From: Armatimonadota bacterium
Lineage (GTDB): Bacteria > Armatimonadota > Hebobacteria > CAIYQO01
DNA length: 11,294 bases
Direction: 5' to 3'
Assembly: GCA_038248345.1 (NCBI GenBank)
Contig: JBBRXO010000087.1
Coordinates: 1 to 11,294, forward strand
The translations under genes and the position numbers were made by a program. Below, one piece after another: positions 1 through 6,356 of this stretch. Numbering within the stretch: the stretch's first letter is position 1; every line of letters starts with the position of its first letter. The notes under the pieces were generated by a model. It had not been told where the DNA came from, ran no database searches, and worked only from the letters and a program-made list of their open reading frames with translations.

Positions 1-1164
1 CGCGACAAACTGCAGGCACAGTTGGCCCAGGCACAAAAGATGGAATCGGTAGGGAGGCTGGCCGGGGGCGTGGCCCATGACTTCAATAATATGCTCGGAG
101 TGATCATGGGGTATACTGACCTGGCGCTACAGGAAATCAATCCTACGCATCCGCTGTACGCCCATCTGAGTGAAATCAAAAAAGCGTCCGAGCGTTCAGC
201 TGACCTGACCCGGCAACTGCTGGCCTTCGCCCGCCGGCAAACTGTGGCACCCAAGGTGCTGGATTTAAACGACACCGTGGATGGAATGCAAAAGATGCTG
301 CGACGTCTTATTGGGGAAAACATCAACCTGGCCTGGCGCCCGGGAGCAGACCTGTGGCCGCTAAATATCGACCCTTCACAGATCGACCAGTTGCTGGCCA
401 ACCTGTGTGTTAATGCCCGCGATGCTATCGATGGAGTGGGTAATATCACCGTTACGACAGCAAATGCCGAATTGGATGAAGAGTACTGCGCTGTACATAC
501 GCTCGCCAAACCTGGGCAATATGTGCGGCTCCAGGTAAAAGACGACGGCAGCGGCATGGATGCACAAACGATAGAGAATATCTTCGAGCCATTTTTTACC
601 ACCAAAGAAATCGGGCAAGGTACCGGGTTGGGTCTGGCCACGGTATACGGCGTCGTAATGCAGAATAACGGCAGTATAGAGGTAGAAAGCCAACCCGGAG
701 CGGGGACGACATTCTCTATTTATCTACCTCGCTACATCACTAAAGCAACCTCATCCATGCCTGCTGAAGAGACACAACCGGCGCAACGGGGGCAGGAGAC
801 GGTGCTGCTGGTAGAGGATGAACCGGCCATCCTGAATGTGGTAAGACGTGTGCTGGAACAGCAAGGATATAAGGTGATATCCTCCGACACACCGGGGGAG
901 GCAATCCAGCTGGCAAATGAGCACCACGGGGAGATTCACCTGCTCATGTCTGATGTCATCATGCCGGAAATGAACGGCCGCGACCTGGCCCGGCGCGTGC
1001 AGACGCTATACCCCGGTATCAAATGTCTCTTCATGTCCGGTTATACGGCTGATGTAATAGCCCACCATGGGGTGCTGGAAGAAGGCGTTAACTTCATTCA
1101 AAAACCATTCATGATACAGGAACTAGCCATCAAAGTGCGGGAAGTATTGGATAAAAGAGGGTAA
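1..1164 (+). CDS. Hybrid sensor histidine kinase/response regulator (HisKA-HATPase_c-REC, CckA/NtrB-like), 5'-truncated by the window edge
   Basis: Frame is open from base 1 (RDKLQAQLAQAQKMESVGRLAGGVAHDFNN, H-box). N-box NLCVNARDA, G1 DDGSGM, F-box IFEPFFTTK, G2 GTGLGL. C-terminal receiver domain with LLVEDE, phospho-acceptor LLMSDVIMP, MSGY and KPF. The TTG at 22 is probably not the true start; sensor domains lie upstream. Confidence 0.95.
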   Translation, partial: RDKLQAQLAQAQKMESVGRLAGGVAHDFNNMLGVIMGYTDLALQEINPTHPLYAHLSEIKKASERSADLTRQLLAFARRQTVAPKVLDLNDTVDGMQKMLRRLIGENINLAWRPGADLWPLNIDPSQIDQLLANLCVNARDAIDGVGNITVTTANAELDEEYCAVHTLAKPGQYVRLQVKDDGSGMDAQTIENIFEPFFTTKEIGQGTGLGLATVYGVVMQNNGSIEVESQPGAGTTFSIYLPRYITKATSSMPAEETQPAQRGQETVLLVEDEPAILNVVRRVLEQQGYKVISSDTPGEAIQLANEHHGEIHLLMSDVIMPEMNGRDLARRVQTLYPGIKCLFMSGYTADVIAHHGVLEEGVNFIQKPFMIQELAIKVREVLDKRG

Positions 1165-1197
1165 GCCAGCTAGGCACTTGGGCATGTAGGATATCCC

Positions 1198-1222
1198 CTG
1201 GGAACGCTGGCGTCCCGCCTGC
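1198..1222. repeat. REP-like palindrome CTGGGAACGCTGGCGTCCCGCCTGC, with a partial inverted partner at 1418-1427
   Basis: Internal hairpin GCTGGCG-tcc-CGCCTGC (6/7 paired). 1198-1207 CTGGGAACGC matches the reverse complement of 1418-1427 GCGCTCCCAG at 9/10. Confidence 0.55.
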
Positions 1223-1239
1223 CCCTGCCAAGGGACATC

Positions 1240-1410
1240 GTCTTAGAACCTTGATTCGCATGATTAGAGGATTAGCGTGAGGATAATGCCTTTGCTGTTG
1301 GATTGCGCATAATTGAATGTAGGGAATATCATTACTGCTGAGGCTATCCAACAACGAAGACAAATAGCGCCGTTATAATCCTTTAATCATGCGAATCAAG
1401 GTTCAAAGAC
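1240..1410. repeat. 171-bp MITE/REPIN-like element with 35-bp terminal inverted repeats and an inner inverted repeat
   Basis: 1240-1274 GTCTTAGAACCTTGATTCGCATGATTAGAGGATTA matches the reverse complement of 1376-1410 (GTCTTTGAACCTTGATTCGCATGATTAAAGGATTA) at 33/35. Inner arms 1290-1306 and 1343-1359 match at 14/17. Confidence 0.85.
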
Positions 1411-1553
1411 AAAAAGGGCGCTCCCAGACAGTTATCCACCGCCCATTTGTAGTGCGTGACCGCCACAGACTACCCTATAAAGCCAAATTCTCAAAACACC
1501 CCACCTGACCACTCTTTGTTGCATAATTCCACCAACTTTGTCGTATATACCTA

Positions 1554-1582
1554 TTGTAGAATCTGGCATCGCCTGTTACACT
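1554..1582 (+). promoter_or_regulatory. Putative sigma70-type promoter (extended -10) for the ferritin-like/hydrogenase operon
   Basis: TTGTAG (1554-1559), 17-nt spacer, TACACT (1577-1582) preceded by TG-n. It lies about 30 nt upstream of the start codon, ahead of a GGAGG RBS at 1605-1609. Confidence 0.4.
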
Positions 1583-1613
1583 TGATTTACGATCTTTCTT
1601 TTCCGGAGGGCAA

Positions 1614-2105
1614 ATGATGTCTATCCGTTTTTCCGCGGCAGAGATGCTGCAGGTGGCTGAACAGATTGAGCACAACGGGGTGGCGTTTTATCGCGTTGCG
1701 TCCGAGCAGGTTACCGAGGCAGATGCGAAAGCGTTGTTGCGGGAACTCTCCGGCTGGGAGGAGAACCACGCCGCGCTCTTCGCCGCCATGCGCGCTGACC
1801 TGAACGACGCTGAGCAAGCAGAGACCGTCTACGACCCGCTTGACGAGATGCTACTCTACCTGCGCACCTTCGCCGACGGGGTGGTCTACACTGATGATCC
1901 ATTTACCCTCTTCGGCGTAGTGCCGGAGTTAAGGAAAATTCTCGATATCGCGCTGGATCGTGAACGCGACTCCATCATCTTCTACACCGGCATGCGCCAG
2001 TATGTGCCCAAAGCGCTGGGGCTGGACAAGCTGGAGCACGTGATCCGAGAAGAGTTTAGCCACGTCAATATGATAGAGAAGCAAATCGCCAAACTCACCG
2101 CCTGA
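1614..2105 (+). CDS. Rubrerythrin/ferritin-like di-iron four-helix-bundle protein without a rubredoxin domain
   Basis: Duplicated di-iron ligand pattern: EQIEHNG...WEENH and RERDS...EEFSH, each repeat also carrying FY. No CxxC rubredoxin motifs. GGAGG RBS at 1605-1609; the second ATG (1617) is better spaced and may be the real start. Confidence 0.88.
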   Translation: MMSIRFSAAEMLQVAEQIEHNGVAFYRVASEQVTEADAKALLRELSGWEENHAALFAAMRADLNDAEQAETVYDPLDEMLLYLRTFADGVVYTDDPFTLFGVVPELRKILDIALDRERDSIIFYTGMRQYVPKALGLDKLEHVIREEFSHVNMIEKQIAKLTA

Positions 2106-2117
2106 GGAGCTTGCCTG

Positions 2118-3137
2118 ATGATTAAATATATTGCTGACGCCTCCATGCTGGAATGGGTCACGAATTTGATCAGTAACACCACGGTGTACGGGGTGCAGGC
2201 GAAGGCGGATCGCTTCGCATATGATACCCTCACCGATGCCAGCGCATTGCGGCTGGACTTCGATGTCACCATCCTACCGCCGAAGAAGTACTTCCAGCCG
2301 CTGGTGGAGAAGATCATGGAGTTCCACGAGGATGGGCATTACGAGTCAGTGATCGACAATCGCCCCTTCGTGCTTTTCGGCGTTCACCCATATGATATTG
2401 TGGCAATAGCGCAGATGGACGCCGTCTTTCGCAAGGACAATGCCGATATCCACTACCTCACCCGCCGCCAGCAGGCCACCATCGTGGCGTGTGACATCCA
2501 GAATACCTCGCCCACCATGTTCGCCGCGTGCATGGGCACCTCCACTGTGCAGGAGGGTTTCGACATTCTGCTCACGCGCATCGGCGCTGGCTATATAGCG
2601 GATGTGCGTACCGAGAAGGGCGAGGTGTTGCTGCAGTACCTGGGCGAGGTACCGGATGCCGACCCGCTGCTGCTGGCGCGGCGCGAGCAGTTCTGGGATG
2701 ACGCGCACCGCTACATGAACAAGTACCTGCTGAAGTGCGCCCCCACCGACTTGCCCAAGCTACTGGAGACGCAATATGACAATAAGGTCTGGGAGACGAA
2801 CGCGGCGCTCTGCTACTCCTGCGGCAGTTGCAACCTGGTATGCCCCACCTGCTATTGCTTCGAGGTGATCGACAAAGTAGACTGGTCGCTGAAGGAAGGC
2901 GAGCGCATCCGCCGCTGGGATGCCTGCATGTTGCGCGACTTCGCCCAGGTGGCGGGTGGCCATAACTTCCGCCGCAGCCGCGAGGAGCGCTACCGGCACC
3001 GCTTCTACCGCAAGGGGCAATATATGTGGAAACGCATGGGGCAGATCGCCTGCGTCGGCTGTGGCCGCTGCACCAGCGCCTGCACCGCGAAGATCGCCAA
3101 CCCGGTGGAATTATATAACACGCTGCTGGAGGGATGA
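2118..3137 (+). CDS. hydB: Group 3b [NiFe]-hydrogenase (sulfhydrogenase) beta subunit, AsrA-like 4Fe-4S dicluster protein
   Basis: TILPPKKYF motif, CYSCGSCNLVCPTCYC, RRWDAC, GGHNFR, RYRHRFYRK, CVGCGRCTSAC. GAGGAG RBS at 2104-2109. First of the beta-gamma-delta-alpha genes. Confidence 0.9.
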   Translation: MIKYIADASMLEWVTNLISNTTVYGVQAKADRFAYDTLTDASALRLDFDVTILPPKKYFQPLVEKIMEFHEDGHYESVIDNRPFVLFGVHPYDIVAIAQMDAVFRKDNADIHYLTRRQQATIVACDIQNTSPTMFAACMGTSTVQEGFDILLTRIGAGYIADVRTEKGEVLLQYLGEVPDADPLLLARREQFWDDAHRYMNKYLLKCAPTDLPKLLETQYDNKVWETNAALCYSCGSCNLVCPTCYCFEVIDKVDWSLKEGERIRRWDACMLRDFAQVAGGHNFRRSREERYRHRFYRKGQYMWKRMGQIACVGCGRCTSACTAKIANPVELYNTLLEG

Positions 3138-3985
3138 CGCGCATGAATACCGAGACATTGCCGGAAAAAGATATCTACCTGCCTATGCCCGCGGTGGTGG
3201 AACGCTCCTATCCGCTGAATGATCTCGATCGCATGTTCGAGATTCGGCTGGGCAGCGGCAAACCGCTGGGGCATATGCCTGGGCAATTTGTCAGCGTCAC
3301 CGTGCCGGGCATCGGCGAGGCCCCGATATCGCTCTGCACCGCGCCGGATGAGCGCGACACCTTTCAGCTGGTGGTGCGCAAGGTGGGGCGGGTGACTGCC
3401 GCACTGCATGATCTGCCGCCGGGGTCGCCCATCGGCATCCGTGGGCCTTTCGGTAACCATTTCCCCGTCGATACTGAGTTGCCGGGCAAAGACCTGGTCA
3501 TCATCGTCGGCGGCATCGGCATCGTGCCCATTCGCTCCGTCATTCAATACGTGCTGGAGCACCGTGCGGACTATGGCGCTATCAATATCCTCTACGGCGC
3601 GCGCACCCCGGGGGACAGGCTCTTCCTCGGTGAGATTGAGCAATGGCGCGCCTACGAGGGTGTCAGCTATCAGGAGACGGTGGACCGCGGCGACGAGGGC
3701 TGGAAGGGCAACATCGGGGTGATCACCACGCTGATGCCCGGCGTGCCGGTGCACCCGGAGAAATCGCGCATCATCATCTGCGGGCCACCCATCATGTATA
3801 AGTTCGTCATCACCGGGCTGGAGGCGCGCGGCATTCCACTGGAGCATATCTATGTATCGCTGGAGCGCCGCATGCGCTGTGGCGTGGGCAAGTGTGGGCA
3901 TTGTCAGATCAACCGGCTCTACGCCTGCATCGACGGCCCTGTTTTCAACTTCGCCGACCTCACTGATCTTCGGGAGGCCATATGA
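3134..3985 (+). CDS. hydG: Group 3b hydrogenase gamma subunit (FAD/NAD(P)-binding, 2Fe-2S; AsrB/PyrK-like)
   Basis: PGQF, GEAPIS, GIRGPFGNHF, GGIGIVP, YGART, CGPPIM, and C-terminal SLERRMRCGVGKCGHCQ...CIDGPVF. ATGA overlap with hydB; alternative start at 3143. Confidence 0.92.
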   Translation: MTRMNTETLPEKDIYLPMPAVVERSYPLNDLDRMFEIRLGSGKPLGHMPGQFVSVTVPGIGEAPISLCTAPDERDTFQLVVRKVGRVTAALHDLPPGSPIGIRGPFGNHFPVDTELPGKDLVIIVGGIGIVPIRSVIQYVLEHRADYGAINILYGARTPGDRLFLGEIEQWRAYEGVSYQETVDRGDEGWKGNIGVITTLMPGVPVHPEKSRIIICGPPIMYKFVITGLEARGIPLEHIYVSLERRMRCGVGKCGHCQINRLYACIDGPVFNFADLTDLREAI

Positions 3986-4743
3986 GTAAACCACGTGTCG
4001 CCATCTTCGATTTCGCCTGCTGCGAAGGCTGCCAGTTGCAGATCGTCAATATGGAGGATAGTATCCTCGACCTGCTTTCGCTCGTCACTCCAGTAGAGTG
4101 GCGCGAGGCGATGTCGGAGTCGAGCGAGGAGTACGATATCGCCATCATCGAAGGCTCCATCACCCGTGCCTCCGATGAGGAACGGCTGAAGGTGATCCGC
4201 AGCAAAGCGAAGATCCTCATCGCACTGGGAGCCTGTGCCACTATCGGCGGGGTGAACAAACTGGCGAATAACTTCGAGAATATCGAGGAAGTGAAGCGCT
4301 GCGTCTATGAGGACGCCTCGCGTATGCCGCACCTGATCAGCCAGCCGGTGAAAGCGGTGAACGAGGTGGTACACGTGGACTTTATGGTACACGGCTGCCC
4401 CATCACTATCAGCGAATTCACCTACATCATCCGCTGCTTGCTCATCGGTACCACACCGGTGATCCCCAACTTCTCGGTATGCGTGGAGTGCAAGATGCAG
4501 GAGAATATCTGCCGCTACGAGTACAACGAAATCTGCCTGGGGCCGGTGACACGCGCCGGCTGCAATGCCCCCTGCCCAACAGGCGGCATGTGGTGCTTCG
4601 GCTGCCGGGGCTATGTGGATGACCCGAATGTGAACGGCGCCATGGACGTAATGGAGCGCTACCGTAAAACTCCGGCTGACCTGATTAGCCGCCTGGCCTT
4701 GTTTAACAGCCCGCAGGAGACGAAGAATGGCAAAAATAATTGA
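3982..4743 (+). CDS. hydD: Group 3b hydrogenase small (delta) subunit
   Basis: FACCEGCQLQ, IIEGSI, ALGACATIGG, VHGCP, VCVECK, CLGPVTRAGCNAPCP, CFGCRG. No Tat signal. ATGA overlap with hydG. Confidence 0.93.
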   Translation: MSKPRVAIFDFACCEGCQLQIVNMEDSILDLLSLVTPVEWREAMSESSEEYDIAIIEGSITRASDEERLKVIRSKAKILIALGACATIGGVNKLANNFENIEEVKRCVYEDASRMPHLISQPVKAVNEVVHVDFMVHGCPITISEFTYIIRCLLIGTTPVIPNFSVCVECKMQENICRYEYNEICLGPVTRAGCNAPCPTGGMWCFGCRGYVDDPNVNGAMDVMERYRKTPADLISRLALFNSPQETKNGKNN

Positions 4744-6004
4744 CCTGAAAGTTCACCATATCACCCGGGTAGAAGGCCACGGCAACATCACCCTGCACGC
4801 CGTCGATGGGAAGATAGATAAGATCGAATGGCAGGTACCAGAAGCGCCGCGCTTCTTCGAGGCGATGGTGCGCGGGCGCAACTGGGAAGATATCCAAACG
4901 GTGGTGAGCCGTATCTGCGGCATCTGCTCGGTGGCGCACTCGCTGGCGTCGCTCAAGGCCATTGAGGACGCGATGGATATCGTCGTCTCGCCACAGACGG
5001 ACAAGCTGCGTATGCTGGCGCTCTATGGCGAGGTTATCGAGAGCCACGTGTTGCATATCGGCTACCTGGCCGCGCCTGACCTGCTGGGCACCAAGTCGGT
5101 GGTGCCGCTGGTGGCGTCACATCCAGATTTAGTGCATTGCATTATGCGCCTGCACAAGTTGGGCAACACCATGATGCTGCTCATCGGTGGCCGAAAAACC
5201 CACCCGGTTACCTTCCGCCCCGGCGGCTTCGGGGCGTTGCCCAATGCCGCTACCCTGCGCGAGCTGATCACCCTCTTCCGCGCGGCACTGGCCGACCTGC
5301 AGCTCCTGGGCGAGGCGGTGCATTCGGTGAAGGATAAACTGCCCGCCTTCGAGCGCGACACCGAGTATGTGGCGTTGGTTGACCGTGGCACCTACACCTT
5401 CTACCACGGCAACATCGGCAGCAGCGACACCACTAACACGGTGGCGGTGCAGAAGTTCAAACAGGTAGCCAATGAGTACGTGGTGGAGCAGAGCACGGCC
5501 AAGTGGGCCAAATGGCACCGCGACAGCTACATGGTGGGGGCGCTGGCGCGTTTCAACCTCAATGCCGCCCACCTGCAACCCGGCGCGGCGGAGCTGGCGC
5601 GCTACTTCGGCCTCTACCGCGGCATCTGCAACCCATACCTGAACACCGTAGCACAACTGGTAGAGACCATGCACGCGGTAGAGCACAGCCTGGAGCTGGC
5701 GGACAGCCTGCTGGCAGCGGGCATCCAACCGGAGGTGCCGCACGTCACCCCCAAGGCCGGCTGGGGCGCGGGCGCAGTAGAGGCCCCGCGCGGCATCCTC
5801 TTCCACAGCTACGCCTTCGATGACAACGGCACCTGCACGGGCGGCAACATGACCATCCCCACCAACCAGAACCACGCCAACATCCAACTGGACATGGAAA
5901 AACTAGCCCCCACCCTCATCAACCTCCCCCCCGAGGAGATCAAACTGAAGCTGGAGATGCTGGTGCGGGCGTATGATCCGTGTATATCTTGTTCTACGCA
6001 TTAG
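4727..6004 (+). CDS. hydA: Group 3b [NiFe]-hydrogenase large (alpha) subunit
   Basis: TRVEGHG, PRFFE, L1 motif SRICGICSVAH, EAPRGILFH, L2 motif RAYDPCISCSTH followed directly by TAG. AGGAG RBS at 4715-4719; 17-nt overlap with hydD. Confidence 0.96.
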   Translation: MAKIIDLKVHHITRVEGHGNITLHAVDGKIDKIEWQVPEAPRFFEAMVRGRNWEDIQTVVSRICGICSVAHSLASLKAIEDAMDIVVSPQTDKLRMLALYGEVIESHVLHIGYLAAPDLLGTKSVVPLVASHPDLVHCIMRLHKLGNTMMLLIGGRKTHPVTFRPGGFGALPNAATLRELITLFRAALADLQLLGEAVHSVKDKLPAFERDTEYVALVDRGTYTFYHGNIGSSDTTNTVAVQKFKQVANEYVVEQSTAKWAKWHRDSYMVGALARFNLNAAHLQPGAAELARYFGLYRGICNPYLNTVAQLVETMHAVEHSLELADSLLAAGIQPEVPHVTPKAGWGAGAVEAPRGILFHSYAFDDNGTCTGGNMTIPTNQNHANIQLDMEKLAPTLINLPPEEIKLKLEMLVRAYDPCISCSTH

Positions 6005-6015
6005 AGGTGTATATC

Positions 6016-6186
6016 ATGGGCGAAAATGAGCAAAACTTACAGTGTAAATATAATGACCCACGCCCGATGAGCAAGAAAAAGAAGGCGCGGGTAGATGCGG
6101 CTATTGCTGCCTTAGATCAAGGATCTATTTCTGCAGATGAATTTTTTGCGAAGTTTGTGATAGCGTTAGAGATGAAACGGAAATAG
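6016..6186 (+). CDS. Small hypothetical protein, 56 aa (MGENEQNLQCKYNDPRPMSKKKKARVDAAIAALDQGSISADEFFAKFVIALEMKRK)
   Basis: GAGGTG RBS at 6004-6009 overlaps the hydA stop, 6 nt before ATG 6016. The ORF is AT-richer than the operon. No family recognised. Confidence 0.55.
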   Translation: MGENEQNLQCKYNDPRPMSKKKKARVDAAIAALDQGSISADEFFAKFVIALEMKRK

Positions 6187-6200
6187 CCCCCACCCCTTCC

Positions 6201-6229
6201 TCACCTCCCCCTGAGGAGATCAGAGGTGA
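6201..6229. terminator. Possible hairpin downstream of the hydrogenase operon/small ORF
   Basis: TCACCTC (6201-6207) pairs with GAGGTGA (6223-6229), with an alternative inner CTGA/TCAG pairing. No U-tract, so a terminator role is uncertain. Confidence 0.3.
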
Positions 6230-6230
6230 A

Positions 6231-6327
6231 GTAGGGGCACAAGGCTTGTGCCCCATTTCGTAACCATAGCATCAATTGGTCATGTCTCCGATACCCCGTA
6301 TCAAGGGCACATGCCATGTGCCCCTAC
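6231..6327. repeat. GTAG-family REP doublet (REPIN-like) between convergent genes
   Basis: Left unit GTAGGGGCACAAGGCTTGTGCCCC (6231-6254) has perfect 10-bp arms. Right unit GGGCACATGCCATGTGCCCCTAC (6305-6327) has perfect 9-bp arms and is the inverted copy ending in CTAC. The spacer is 50 nt. Confidence 0.85.
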
Positions 6328-6356
6328 AAATTCCGTCACCGTATCGCAATAGTACA

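Noticed and set aside
1..1164. Kinase as the dedicated regulator of the hydrogenase operon
   Set aside because: Only adjacency supports it. The sensor domains are outside the window, there is no DNA-binding partner, and repeat elements separate the two units.
1130..1363. 77-aa ORF on the - strand across the repeat region
   Set aside because: It overlaps the kinase 3' end and runs through inverted-repeat DNA, with no protein-like features.
1432..1440. DnaA-box-like TTATCCACC
   Set aside because: A single 8/9 match with no cluster or origin context.
1517..1534. Possible Rex operator TGTTGCATAATTCCACCA upstream of the NAD(P)-linked hydrogenase
   Set aside because: Only about 9 of 14 positions match TTGTGAA-N4-TTCACAA and the symmetry is poor. 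Biologically plausible but not supportable.
1165..1613. CRISPR array, tRNA or riboswitch in the intergenic region
   Set aside because: No regularly spaced direct repeats, cloverleaf or recognisable riboswitch consensus. The structure is explained by inverted repeats.
2118..3985. Anaerobic sulfite reductase asrAB
   Set aside because: The proteins are homologous to AsrA/AsrB, but there is no siroheme asrC and they are followed by [NiFe] small and large subunits, so they are hydrogenase beta and gamma.
3005..3994. 329-aa ORF on the - strand (likewise 5129-5887, 2572-3144 and 3919-4392)
   Set aside because: These are antisense shadows of well-supported hydrogenase genes.
5981..6004. Selenocysteine ([NiFeSe]) or recoded stop in the L2 motif
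   Set aside because: Both L2 cysteines are TGT codons and the stop is TAG after the complete motif. Nothing in the window supports recoding.
5980..6015. Upstream GTG start giving a 68-aa version of the small ORF
   Set aside because: It overlaps the hydA L2 motif and lacks an RBS, whereas ATG 6016 has a well-spaced GAGGTG.
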